Assembly: GCA_002245135.1 (NCBI GenBank)
Contig: NGBS01000301.1
Location: 124,001-184,425 of the forward strand
Reading direction: 5' to 3'
Length of the DNA stretch: 60,425 nt
DNA from: Proteromonas lacertae
Taxonomy: Eukaryota
Shown: positions 42,040 through 56,244 of the stretch, in pieces
Position numbering within the stretch: position 1 is the first letter of the stretch
Layout of the letters: the number at the start of each line of letters is the position of its first letter
Made by a program: the position numbers and the translations under genes
The notes under the pieces: generated by a model
What the model saw: the letters and a program-made list of their open reading frames with translations, nothing else
Told to the model about the DNA's origin: nothing
Database searches by the model: none

Positions 42040-44089
42040 TTAGCATTCATATAGTAGAAATGCATTATTTATTTTATATCTTAAAATGCAGAATGCTTGC
42101 TTTTCTACCTTAATTTGATCATTTATTTTCTCATTTCTATACAACTCCATTCCTTCACCCTCAAAATCGTTATTCTTTGAGAACAGTTTCAATAAATCTG
42201 ATTGAATACAGAATTCTTCTTTATCTGAAGTATTAAATATCACAATTGTCATAGAACCATCATAATATCTACTAAAACCAAATGAATAATCAGATAAGTA
42301 TTGTATATTCATGTCCAACACTCCACTTTCAGTTAATTCTGTATATTTCCTTCTAATTTCAATCAATTTCTTTACATGATTAAATATTTCTTCATCTAGT
42401 TAATAACAAAATTTGAACAATATTTGTATATACTTTGATCTTCTTTCTTCCATTTCATACATCCTCTACAATCAGGATCACCTCCACCAACCATCCCAAT
42501 TTCATCTCCATAATAAATACAAGGTTGTCCTAAATAAGTTAATAAGAAAGTAAAACATAATTTCACTTTATTTACATCTTCTCCGCATTCTGTTAGTATT
42601 CTTGGAGTATCATGACTTCCTAATAGATTAAACATATGTTCAGTGATTTCTGCTGGGTAAATATTCAATATATCCACTAATCTACATACAAACTTAATAG
42701 TAGTAATTGAACCATAAGCAAAATATTGTAGGATGATATTTCTTAATGGATAATTCATTATACTGTCAAATTCATCACCATGAAGCCAAGCCATTGAATT
42801 TTGCCAGATTTCTCCCAATATAAATGGATTCTAAATATAATATTATTATAAATATATATACATGTGTTTCTTTTGATTTAACCAATTGTCTAAGTGATTT
42901 CCAGAATGAATGTGGAACTTCATTAGCAACATCTAATCTCAATCCATCCACCTTGTATTTATTAACATATGTATTTGCTATATTGAGAAAATATTCTTTT
43001 GTATCTGGATTAAACATGTTTAATTTAGGCATTGGTCCATAGAATCCTTACAGAAATATCAATTAAAAATAACTACAACGAAATAGAAAATGTGAAAAAA
43101 ATGATATAAATGTTTCATAATTTAATGGATTATTTGAAAGTGGAAATGCATTACAATAAAACCAATCTTTATATTTTGACTTTTCACCATTCTTAAATAC
43201 ATCTTGAAAATAAGGAAATCTTTCACTACAATGATTAAAAACAGTATCCATCAAGTATCTTATGTCATTATCATGTAGTTTGTTGATTAATTCCATAAAC
43301 ATATTTTCATCACCAAAGTGTTTATCTATTGTTAAATAATCAACAGTATCATATTTATGATTAGAAGGAGATTCAAACATTGGAGTTGAATACAGTCCTG
43401 TTATTCCTAATTCTTTTAAATAATCAATATGATTGATTATTCCTTGAATATCTCCACCAAAAAATGAATTACCTTTTGGCTTAGCTGAATCCCATTCTAA
43501 TACATTTTCAGGTGATATTGATGGATCTATTTATAGTACAATTGTATATTTATATTTATACTTCCATTATCAAATCTTTCTGGGAATATCTGATACCATA
43601 CTGTTGAATTAATCCATTTTGGATAATGAAAAGCTTCTTCTTTGTGTAGAAAGGGATAATGAAAATAATTTTCCATTGGACTATATAATTACATATATTA
43701 TTGATAGAATAATACAAAGATGATATTGAAGTGTCAATATAATAACCATTCTCAACAATGTTAATTTCTCTCTCCTCATTATCAATCAGTTTAAATCCAT
43801 AACTTAATCTTCTATGCTTTGGTTTTATTGCACATCTCCAATATTCATACTCCTCACTCTTATTTGTCAAAATCATGGGAGAAGACAGTTTTATCCAACT
43901 TTTCTCTTTTGTATCAAATACATAAGGATCATTATAAATTAAAATCACAGATTTTATAATCCCAGTCTTTAATTTCAACAAAATATGGATTGTGTTTTCA
44001 TCATACTGATCTATTATCATAATTCACAAATTATATATACATAGATAATTATCTGATGGTATATGTACATAACAACTAGCGTCAAACAT
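42040..44089 (-). CDS. Neopullulanase/cyclomaltodextrinase (GH13_20, N-terminal CBM34-like domain), bacterial type
   Basis: WYQIFPERFDNG, FFGGDIQG, SNHKYDT, DTVFNH, GLRLDVANE, GEIW, LLGSHDTPR, YYGDEIGM; six introns. Confidence 0.92.
43048..43107 (-). other. U12-type AT-AA intron (60 nt)
   Basis: ATATCATTTTTTT...TTTTTAATTGATATTTCTGTAA; removal gives NYETF|GFYGPMPKLN, matching bacterial spacing. Confidence 0.75.
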
Positions 44090-44162
44090 GTTTTTTAGAC
44101 TGAAATACAATCAAGCCTAAGTTCGAAAGTGGTAGTTAGATTTTGAAAATATTTAAAATTTG

Positions 44163-47100
44163 ATGAGTAATAGAGACTCTTTTATATCAGATATTGTATA
44201 TTACTTCAAATTACGTATGTATAGCAACCTGATATAAGTAATTTGCGAGAAACAAACCTAAAATTAAAAAGAGAAAACTATGATTTGCTTAGATCGCTGG
44301 AAATGGCAAAGGCTGAAGCACAGAGGAAATCAGGTATGCATTTAATTATTTTATATTTAGCTGAACTGGAAGAGAATAAAAGATATTATGCAAACTTAGA
44401 GAATATGTATCAAACAAAATTGAAAAATCTTGAAGAAACATGTAATCTTAAAAACACAGCAAATGAAAGAGTGTTTGCAGCAAAATTAGAAGAAATGGAG
44501 AGAGCAATAGAAACACACAAAGAAGAAAAAGAATATCAAAATAATCAAAAAGCCAAATTAGAATATGACTTAACAATGGCAGCAAGAGAAGCACAAAAGC
44601 TAGCAGATCAATCAACAGCCGCTAGACATAAAGCTGAGGAGAAAATGGCACAATTAACTGCAGTAATTGAAGAATTAACTGTTCAAAAGGCTGCATTAGA
44701 AGATAGACTACAATTAATAACAGATGAAGCAAAAAAGAAGATTGATTCATTAAACGCTCAAATAGCTGAAAGAAATAATCAAATACAAGTATATTCTTTA
44801 TATATTTATTTATTATAGCAAATTCAAGAATATCAAAGCAGAATCGAATTACAAAACAATAACCATGATAACTTTATAAACCACATTAGACATATGTTAA
44901 TGGGATTAGAACAAGAATTACAACAGTTAATAAATATATTAAATGATACTTCCAATATAAATAAATTAAAGGAAGTTCAATTAAAATGGATTCCTGAAGA
45001 AGCTGATTGGAATGTATAGTTATTTGTTGTTTAGTTATCTTTAAATAGAATTTAAGACAATTAATGACCAATTTAATTGAAAGAGTAGTGAATTATCCAA
45101 CTGTTCCATCTCAAATACCAATGAATAGTACTATTAGCAACTTTACTCAAGAAATGTAAGTTTTATAATTATTAATTTTATTTTTTTAACTTATACTATT
45201 ATTTAAGACACTATCTCTAATTACTTCTAACTTTTACTACCATTCTTCATTTTCTTCTTCTTCTTCAATTGTTACGAATTATTCAAAGTGTTTATATATG
45301 ATGATATGTTAATGAAAATTAATATTAATAAAGTAAATTGAAATGTATATATTAAAATATTCTTTTTATGAATCTCTCTATAAAATATTATTATAATTAT
45401 TATTTTACATCTATTAACTTTACTTCATATTATATATATATATATATATATATTAATCAATTATTAGGTATTACAAACTAAAACAAGATTACAAATCATT
45501 AAAGAAAAAATACAATGAAATATCACAAAATATCACACAAAAAGATTTATTAATCTCATCACTTACAGAAAAGTGTAATTTTTACAACTCCCAAATATCC
45601 GATACTAAAAGTCATCAAAGTATGTTAAACGATACAAATCAATATGTTGCACAGTTAGAAAATGATAAAATGCAACTTACTTCACAATTAGCTGATTTAT
45701 CAAAAACAGTAGATCGATTATCCAATCAAATTAAAGATGTGAATTTACAATTAAAAGATTTTGAACATCAGAATTACAATATAACCAATGAGAATCATGA
45801 ATTAGTAAGGACCAATCAGATGTTGAATAATAAAATAATGGAATATGAAGGAACAATGACTTTATATCAGAATAAAGATAAAGAATTAACCAATATAGAA
45901 AATGAAAACAATGAATTAGTAATATACTTAAAGAATATATATAATGAAGTTGTAGGAAGTACCAATAACAGAAGTCCAACGTCTAATTCAATAAGGTTAT
46001 TATACTCATCAATAATTCAACAATATAATAATTTAAAGAAAAATATTAATGAAATTATTAGAGAAAAGAATCAATTATCATGCCAAATAGAATCACAGAG
46101 TCAACAAGAAATGAAATTAAAGAACTCCATCGCTGAATGTATGGAAGAAATAACAAATAAAAACAAAACTATTTCAGACTTAAATAGACAGATAAACGAA
46201 TATATGGAATATAAAGAAGAAAATCAGAAATATAATAACAAAATCCAACAATTAAATAAAGACATTAATGAATATAAAGATCAGTTATACCAATATGAAC
46301 ATACTATCGAGTCATATCAAGCCACATTGAATATAACATCCAATCAGCATAAAGATGTGAATGATAAATATGAAAATATGAAATCATTAGTAAAAACAAT
46401 ATCTTTACACTTTTTGAGTAAGTTAATTGATTATAATAGAAAAGTATATATATATTATATTATAATCATCTTATTATTTATAGTTTTTATTATTGAAATA
46501 TATCAAACAGTATTTATTATCAAGATTGAATCTCTATGAAAAGAATGAAAAGTTGTTTAGTAACTTCCATCTTAATGTTATTCCTCTTATTAATAAACAT
46601 AAACAAAAGTTCAGAATTGTTGGCTATGTAGTTATAGCAATATTGAATCTGTACAATAGAATGACAAAAACTAAATTATATTGTAAACCAAATAAAACAA
46701 CAACTGTATATATATATATTCTTATATTATATTATATTTTAGAAGGAATTTCCAGATATTTCTAATAATTCTACAGTTATTACAGAGACGTTATTATCTT
46801 ATTATTACTCTGATGATTTCATTAAAATATATCATTTATTTAATAAATCTTTTCCTGTTAAACCAGTATATATATTTATTTACTTATTTGTTATTTTATT
46901 AGTATTTTAAATACAACAATAACAAATTCCCACTTTATAATATTATTGTTGCTATTAATAATGTCTTAAATACAACAGATCAGAATATAAATAATTACAA
47001 AAATGCACTTCAATTATATGAAAATAAACACAATGAATTCACATTAGCAATAAATAATCAGAATAATATGAATCAAGAACTACAACTAGAGAATGAAAAA

Positions 47101-48661
47101 TTAAATGTATAATAATTATTATTATATATTCTTAATAGGAAATAATAAAGATCTTAGAACAAAAGAACAATGAATTAGAAGCTGAATTATCACGAATGAT
47201 TAATCCAGAAGAATATAATAAATACATAATTGATATGGATAGTAAAATGAAAGTGTTAAAGGAATTATCCAATGAAAATGGTAAACTAAGAGCAGAAGTA
47301 GCAAATGTGAATAAAGGAAAAGTTAATATTGAGAATTATCAGAATGAAATAAACCAATTGAAGAATAATCAACATGAATTGATAGAAAAGATAAATAATT
47401 ATGAGAATGAGATTGATAATTTGAAATCTGAACTAAGTGCAAAGAATAGTCAGTTTAATAGATTGAATCAACAGTCATCAGTGTCAATAAATGATGTATT
47501 ATTATTATTATTATTATTATATAAATAGCTAAATAGTCTTCAAAAGAAGAATGAATCTTTAAATGATATTATTATCAATCAAAAGAGTCAATTAGATCAA
47601 TATAAAAAGATAATAAATGATCAGAATGATAAGATATTGGAATTAACTCGATCTGTCCAACTTAATTCAGCATTACAGCAACAACCTTCACAACAACCAC
47701 AAACTCAACTTCAGCAGCAACCGCTAATTCAATCATTACCTCAATTTTTACAAACACAACAACAACAACAACAAAACATTATTAGTAATGAATCAACACT
47801 AAATACCAATCAAAATCAAAATCAACAGTCTTTTATTCCTCCTCTAATATCAACATCATCTCCTCTCAGTCATCATAATGTAAATAATAATAATAGAACA
47901 ATTGGTAATTCACCAACTTATGCAACTATATCCAATGTACATAATCAACCACCACCACAACAACAACAATTATATTCAAATCATCCATCATTTTCGTCTT
48001 CTCAAACACCTAAAACTTCAATGAATTTTCATGATTCAATAATCAATCAATCATCAACATCATTGAATGAACCTGTGTATTTTGAAGTGCCAAATTTTCC
48101 AAATAGCCCTCCTCAACATCCAAAACAAATAATAAAGAATAAGAAACATAGAAATCAACATCATCATCATAATAATACAAACACAAAATCAAATAAATAT
48201 CAGTATAAAAAAGAAAAGCCAATCATAATAAACTATTGATCAGTTTATCTTATCTCCCATCTAATCTTCTCTTTTTTCGACTCTCTTTTATTGTGTTATA
48301 ATTTATTTATTCTCTTAGACCACCACCTCCACCAGTTCAATCATCATTTAATAATATGAATACAACCAATTACATACCTCCAATCACTCCAACTCGACCA
48401 ATACAACAGCAACAACAACCATCAATGTCATATTCAGGATTTAGCTCATTACAAAATACTCCAAATATTAAAGCTTCAACTAATGGAAATATATACAATA
48501 CTCCATCAAGATCTAGAATGAATAAAAGTACAGGAAATACAGTTGTAGTAGGAAATAATTCAACAAATGATGGTAATCCAGCTGATAAAAGTACTATTCA
48601 TATGAAAATGCATAGAAGTGGATCAATAAATATGGTTATAAGTCCAAATCAACCAAAGTAA
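44163..48661 (+). CDS. Long coiled-coil protein with Q/N/P-rich C-terminus
   Basis: Many exons with heptad E/K/Q/N-rich sequence; KFRIVGYVVIAI motif; stop at 48659-48661. Confidence 0.75.
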
Positions 48662-48754
48662 AAACATTTCGTATTAAATTTCTATTTTATTATATTCTTT
48701 TTATTATGAAATTTTAACAAGAATTAAATAAAAACGAAAACTATATTAAATTAC

Positions 48755-49913
48755 CAGGGTTGTATAAATAGGTAACCTATAGGTTATAGGTAAAACCTAT
48801 AATCTAGCTTTGACCGTTGGTCGGTCAAACCTCGAGCATTATTTTGTTAAAATCTATTTTAATTACTTACTGAGTAACATTTGTTTAATACAAACTATCA
48901 TACTATATAAAAAATTATTCCTGCTTCCTGTTTTACTTTGATTGCCATAGTTAGAATAAGATTGGTTGAAACTGTATAAATATCTATACTAATATATTAA
49001 AATTCATCTACAAACTACTCAATAGTGATATTTAACATATTTATAAACAACTTGTTATTTTGATGATTAATTTATATTGATTACTATCTCTAAAAAACAA
49101 ATATTAATGTAATTATAATAATAAATCTCTATTTCTGGATATTAATGATTTGTCTTCAATAAGTCTCTTACTTTCTCAGTTTCTGAAAATAAATAAGCAT
49201 TATAAAACTCTCTTAGAGGTATTTTATATCCTAGTTTGAAGCAAAACCTTCTAAATTCTGGTGAGTCTAATATTGTGGTACTGACTGCATTGAAGGTTAT
49301 TAATTTACATAGATCTTTGTTGGCAGAATCTGAATTGACTTTGGCTTTTACCATATGTATAATCTGAATATTTTATTTTAATCACGTTTTCCAAAACATT
49401 TTGAAGTAGTTAAAATGTTACTTCTCTAACATACAGCAATTGAATAAATGCACAACTCTATTGATGCGATAGGGGGTAATGTGATATCCCTATGGTTTCA
49501 TATATTATAAAGTCTTATAAATATTGAGTAATTATACATCTAAATGATCAAAATCTTAAAAAATAAAGATTTACTTAGTCAAACCATCAAGCTTGATGTT
49601 TTTTTCTTTTATTTTTTTTATTCTATAATTAATTTAATATTATGTTAATAATATGTTACTGTGAGTCATCATTGAGAAATAGATCAAAATAATAGTAATA
49701 TAAAAAGTGCATCGACTGACGGTCAAATTTGATATTTGAAAGATGATGTATAAAACATTAATTTTGTATATATGGTTAGATTATATGCTTCTTAACTCAT
49801 GTTCAATAGGAGGTCAACTAATAGTTAGTATAAGGAAGGTAAAGGTCAAGCTAAAGATATAGGTTTTGACCTATAGGTAAACCTATATTTTTTGACCGAA
49901 AAATACAACACTG
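48755..49913. mobile_element. Non-autonomous hAT-superfamily DNA transposon (1159 bp)
   Basis: TIRs CAGGGTTGTAT / ATACAACACTG; perfect 8-bp TSD TAAATTAC at 48747-48754 and 49914-49921; subterminal TATAGGT and TTTGACC/GGTCAAA repeats. Confidence 0.92.
49142..49354 (-). pseudogene. hAT transposase remnant
   Basis: LCKLITFNAVSTTILDSPEFRRFCFKLGYKIPLR resembles the hAT '..P.S.V.SP.F..L....Y..PSR' segment; no catalytic core seen. Confidence 0.6.
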
Positions 49914-52074
49914 TAAATTACATTACTTTTAAAACTTAAATAACATATTGGCTTTCTAAATCCTCCAAAGAATGATGTTTTTATCATCAATTTAGGAAGA
50001 CATACTGGATTTAAAGCTAATAATGTTGTATTTTCATTCAATATCAAACTCATATTCTTTTTATCTTCATTTTGTTTTTTTATTTTCTTAATCTCATAAA
50101 TATCTGGATATTCATCAAATATTAACATCAATTCTTTCATTACTTTTTCATTATTCTCTTTCATTTTTTCATTCTCTGTTATCTTTCTCAGCAATTGACT
50201 TTTTAGAGATTCTACATCCACTTTTGATAAGAATTCTTGTTTATACTTTTCATTCTCTTCAATTCCATATTCATCTCCAAATAAAGGAGTGAATAATGAG
50301 ATAAGTGAATCAATATACACTCTCAAATTCTCATTCTCATCTTCCAGTTCTTCTACTGATTTGTCCTTCACTTTCAATTCAAACATTTCATTATTCATTA
50401 AGTCATTCACTTTTGTTTCTAGAAGCAAAGATTCACTAATTCTATCTTCATCAATAATTGAATCCTATATATGAATAGAAATATAGAAATTTATAAATAC
50501 TTCTGTGAATTCTTTGAATATTTGGTTCTTTAAACTGATAACGTGATACAGTTGTTTTATGACTCCTTTATACTCATTTAGTTTGCTTATATTTTGTTTC
50601 TGTTGATCTATCAACTTCATATTATCATTTAATAAAGACTTATCCTTTGATAATACTTCTTTTAATGCATTCTGAACAATAGATGGAATTTTGTTTGATT
50701 TGGCTAAGTGTAATTCATATTTTAATCTTTCATTCTATTCAAATATAAAGCTTTGTAAGAATACTTCATTCTTCAAATCCATCAACTCATTGGGACTTTC
50801 AAAGTTATTCTTTTTTATCTTTGTTTTCAAACCTTTAGATCTAGACACAAAGTTTAATGTTGAAATTGTTTCATTTATATTGCTTAAATCACTTGAGATT
50901 GTTCCGATAATAACTGTTTTGCTATTCCCACTCAAACTCTCTTTTAATAATAATGTAAGTTTAGAATCTCTGTATGATATGTGATCTGTATTATTTCTAC
51001 ATAATGATAATATTACTAAACCCAACTGACTCAGTGATTTGTTTATATTATTTGCTTCTTTCAATCTATCTCCTTCTGTATTTGTTTGATTTTGCCTTTC
51101 ACTCCCTGCTAAATCTACACAATTGATGATAGAAATTAACCTATCATCTTTTGAACATAATCTAATAATAATAAACATAAAATGTTATACTTAATCTTAA
51201 ATATGCAATGAGATCTTGAACTTGACACATTCATTTTAGTTTCACCTGTTTTTCTATTCTGCAATCCTTTCACTAACACATTCAAACCTTCATCGACTGA
51301 TGTTACTGTAAATTCTGTCAAATCTTCTATATATAATTCATTATCACCATTCTCTCTTATTTCTTTATATTTCTTTCCTTTACTTAATTTGGGAGAAACA
51401 ACATCTAATAAATCATTTATCTTTTCATTATAAATTTCAATAAAGGAACATTTTAGTGTATATTCTTCATCTCTGTTGAAATAATAACTGAATAAATTAG
51501 GTAGTATTCCCCATTTATTATGATCTATTAAGTTTCCAAACATTGTGTATGTTTTACCAGATGCTGTTTGTCCATATGCAATTATACTCACATTAATCCC
51601 TTCAATACTCTTTTCAGCTATTGGAACAATCAAAGAATTAAATATTTCTCTTTGAGATGATGAACACGGATATATCTCATCAAAATTATATATTTTGTCT
51701 TTAATCTGAATTGAATTAGATTCAACATGATAGAATGAAGTTGATGGAGTTAAAGAAGTGTTCAAAGAAGAACTAGATGGAGATATTCTTATACAGGCAT
51801 TTATATCTGATTGCACTAAAACTTCAGGTGATACACTACTATCAGGTGTATAAGATTCACTTCTTTTTGTTTTGCTTTTCTTTATTGTTGTTGGTATTCT
51901 TCTAAAAATATCATTTATTATTTAATACGATTGAAATAACTTTTTAATAGGTATTCTGCTCTTTGTTACAGATTGTCTATTTAAATCTGTTAGAGATAAT
52001 GCTTTTCGAGTTGAAGTAGTGTTTGGTGTAGCATAAATTTCACTTGCTGAAGATAATGGGTTAATATTCTCCAT
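49883..52074 (-). CDS. Kinesin motor protein (kinesin-12/KIF15-like)
   Basis: AYGQTASGKT, IEIYNE, SSRSH, VDLAGSERQ, NINKSLSQLG, HISYRDSKLT..SLSGNSKT; coiled-coil tail ends inside the transposon. Confidence 0.92.
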
Positions 52075-52196
52075 ATTTAAGATGATATTCACAAAAATAA
52101 AAAAACTTAACAGCTATATTTTTCAAGCCAAGCTCGATGAAATGGGTTAATCAAAAAATGTTTTTGTAAACTTGAAATTAAAATATTCTTGTGTGA

Positions 52197-55006
52197 ATGT
52201 TATTGAAAGCAAATATGTTGCTTGCTAAAAGCCTTGCAAATTTGGACAAAACTAATCAATTTTGCAAATCATCTGTGTATAGAATTATTTCTCGATCATT
52301 TTCTTTGTTTGGTTGGAAAAATAAATCTCAAAATGATATAAAGGATAGTATAAAAAAAGAAAATAATGGATCTGGTGTTACAAATATAGGTACTTTTGAT
52401 GATGCTCCAAAAATACCTTCATTACCAATATTAGCACATCTTAATCGCCCAATCATACCCGGATATAGTCAACCTTATTTTATCAAGCATAGAGACATAA
52501 TTAACAAATTAGAACAAAATATGGGAAAAGGTATTCCATATTTTGGTTTATGCATGAGAAAACCTGGTAAATCCTATGATAAAGATTATCCAGAGTTAAT
52601 CACTGATAGAGACGAAATCTTTGATATGGGTAGTATGTGTCAAATAGTGGATATGAAACGAAATGGAAGTGATTTATCTCTATTTATAACAGCTCATAGG
52701 AGAATAAAATTAACAGAAACTCTCAGAATTGTTCCTCCAATAATGTGTAATGTTGAACATATAATAAATCCAGAAATAACCTTAGATAAAACCACTCAAG
52801 TTGCTTATACAAATGAAATATTAGAAAATATCAAAGAAATATTATCATCAAGTTCATTTTTAAGAGATTCTGTAGTTGGTTTGTTTGGATTGAAAGTAGA
52901 TTCATCTGATCCATATAAGTTAGCAGATTTTGCTGGTGGATTGTCAACACAAGGAACAATTACGCAACAGAAGTTATTAGAAGCAATCTCATTGGATGAA
53001 AGACTGAAAAAAGCGTTAGAAATTTTAAGAGAAGAATTAGAAGTGGTAAATATACAAAAAGTGATTAGACAACAAGTAGAACAAAAGATATCAAAAGAAC
53101 AAAGGAAATTCTTTTTAAATGAAGAATTAAAAAGTATAAAGAAAGAATTAGGAATAGAAAAAGATGAAAAAGAGTCAATAATTAGCAAATTCAAAGAGAA
53201 ATTAAATGAAATAACTAAAAATGGAGGTTCTATCCCTGAAGAAGTAGAAAAAACAATAGAAGAAGAAATGAGTAGGTTAAAGACAATGGAAAAGAATTCA
53301 TCAGAATATAATGTAATAAGTACTTATTTAGATTGGCTTACAAGTATACCATGGGGTTGTTATTCACTTGACAATTTGGATATAAAAACAGCAAAAGACA
53401 TATTAGATGAAGATCATTATGGGTTAAAAGATGTAAAAGATAGAATATTAGAATTCATAGCTGTTGGTAAATTGAGAGGAAGTGTTCATGGTAAAATGCT
53501 ATGTTTAGTTGGTCCTCCTGGCGTAGGTAAAACAAGTATCAGTTCATCAATAGCAAGAGCGTTAGGAAGAGATTTCTTTAGGTTTTCAGTAGGTGGATTA
53601 TATGATGTTAGTGAGATAAAGGGACATAGAAGGACTTATGTTGGTGCAATGCCTGGAAAAGTGATTCAATTGTTGAAGAAGAGTAAAAATATTAATCCAG
53701 TAATTTTGATTGATGAAATTGATAAAATGAATAGAAACACTAATCATGTATATTTTAAACATATTAATTATTATTAATAGGGTGGTGATGCATCTAGTAG
53801 TTTATTGGAGTTATTAGATCCAAATCAAAACAACAAATTTATGGATTATTATATTGATGTTGCTGTTGATTTATCAAAAGTGTTGTTTATGTGTACAGCC
53901 AATGACTTAAGTACAATTCCACCACCATTATTAGATAGAATGGAAGTATGAATATGTTTTAATTATTATTATTATTATTATTATTATTTGAATAGGTAAT
54001 TAGAATTCCAGGATATGATTTAAAAGAAAAGATTGAAATCAGTAAAAGATACTTAGTTCCTAAGAAGGCATTAGAATGTGGTTTAAGAAGTGAAAGTGAT
54101 AAAAAAAACAAAATCACAATAACAGATGAAGCACTTCAACAACTAGCTGAATATTACTGTAGAGAATCAGGTGTAAGAAACTTAGAAAAACATATAGAAA
54201 AAATATGTAGAAAAATAGCCATAAAACAATGTTTAACTTCACACAATGAATCTATAACAACAATAAGTGTAGATATGCTAGAAGAATTAGTAGGTAAACC
54301 TATATTTCCTAATAAAACAATGTATATGGGAAATACACCAGTTGGTGTAGTAATGGGCTTGGCTTGGACATCATTAGGTGGTACATCGTTATATATTGAA
54401 TGCCAATCAATTCCAAATTATAAACTAATCAAAGGTAAAGGTGAAGAAAAAGATAAACAGGAGAATATTAGTGGATTTAAAATAACAGGTCAATTGGGAG
54501 ATGTTATGAAAGAAAGTGCAAATATTGCTTATTCATTATCAAAAGTAATATTATATCAAATATATGAAGATAGTAAAGTAAATAAAGATAAATATAAATC
54601 ATATAATATTGATCCTTATTATTTCAACAATCATTTTATACATTTACATGTTCCTGAAGGTGCAACACCAAAAGATGGTCCATCCGCTGGTGTTACATTA
54701 ACTACCAGTATGTTATCATTAGCATTAGGAATTCCAGTAAAGAAAGGATTATGTATGACTGGAGAAATATCATTAACTGGAAAAGTTTTACCAGTTGGCG
54801 GAATAAAAGAAAAATCAATGGCTGCTTCTAGAGCTGGTATGGTTGATGTGGTGATTCCGAAGGATAATGAAAGAGATTATGAGGATGTGTCTGATCATGT
54901 GAAGGAGAAAGTGAAATTCCATTATGCTTCTACTTATAAAGATGTATTTAAATTAGCTTTTCCTGATTTTCCTTTGTCAAATACTGTATTAGCAAATATT
55001 GACTAA
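52197..55006 (+). CDS. LONP1: Mitochondrial Lon protease
   Basis: Presequence; [49 protein letters not shown]; two introns. Confidence 0.95.
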
Positions 55007-55133
55007 AGTTGATTTTTTTAATAATATTATTTTTCATTTTATTGTTAATTTTGATTTGAAAAAATTGAAATAGTATTAATCGACACTTTTAGCTCAAATC
55101 AAGCTTTTTTCTTAAAGATTTATTTTTCTTCTT

Positions 55134-56140
55134 ATGTTTGGTAGAAACATTTTCAGAGCTGAAAAATGGTATTTTTAGATTAGTATCTCATCTATTTAGC
55201 TTTTCAAATTCATTTAAAGCAATAAAACCAGTATTAAGACCATTTTCATCAAAGACAGCAACTGTTTCAAAACCAGTTATGAAGTTTTCACCTATTGTAT
55301 TTGGTTTAATTGGTGGTGCTGCATTGGGTGCATATTACATTCATGCTGAAGATTTAACAAAAGAAAAACTTGCTCAATCTATTGATCATACATTTTTATT
55401 AGTATATATTGGTAGGTTCTATTATAGACTGATGCTGGAACTGACGAGTTATATTCATATATTGATGATGCAATTAAACATAATTTGCATTCCATTTGTG
55501 TTCCATTAATGTATATTAATACATATACATATAAATATAATATACTTTTCTAGTTATGTGACAAGTGCTTCAGAATATATAAAAAAGAATAATGCTAAAA
55601 CTAAAGTAGCAGCAGTTGTTGGATTTCCGTGTGGATATACCTACACAGAAATAAAATTAGCAGAAACAAAAGAAGCATTGAAAGATGGAGCAGATGAAAT
55701 AGAAATGGTTTTACCAATCGGTTTCTTAAAAGATGGCAAGAAAGAATATATAAAAAAAGAAATAAGATTAATCTCAACAGAGTGTAAAGCTCATGGAGCT
55801 ACTTTAAAGGTTGTTTTGGAAACATGTGAATTAACAAACGAAGAGATAAAATTAGGATGTGAATTAGCAGGAGAAAGTGGAGCAGACTATGTAATGACTT
55901 CTACTGGGTTCTTGCATCGTATGTTTGATTAAATTAATAAATATTTTGTATATAGATGGAGCTACTCAAGGTGTAGTTAAGATAATGAAGGCTGCAGCTG
56001 GTAAATATGGAATGAAGGTGAAAGCTAGTGGTGGCATAAGAAATGCAGTTGATGCTCAAAATATGATAGATGCCGGTGCTGATTTGATTGGTACAAGTTC
56101 AAGTTTGAGAATTATTGCTGAATTTGGGAAAGAAGAATAA
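55134..56140 (+). CDS. Deoxyribose-phosphate aldolase (DeoC)-family protein with presequence and TM; catalytic Lys missing
   Basis: IDHTFL, VVGFPCG, GADEIEMV, LKVVLET, YVMTSTG, VKASGGIR, IGTSS; four introns. Confidence 0.88.
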
Positions 56141-56244
56141 ATAAAAAGTAATATTTGATGATTTAATATTCATTTTCTTGTTTTGAGATTATTTAATTAA
56201 AAAATATATAATTATCAGTATATGGAGTATAAAGTTAGTTAAAA

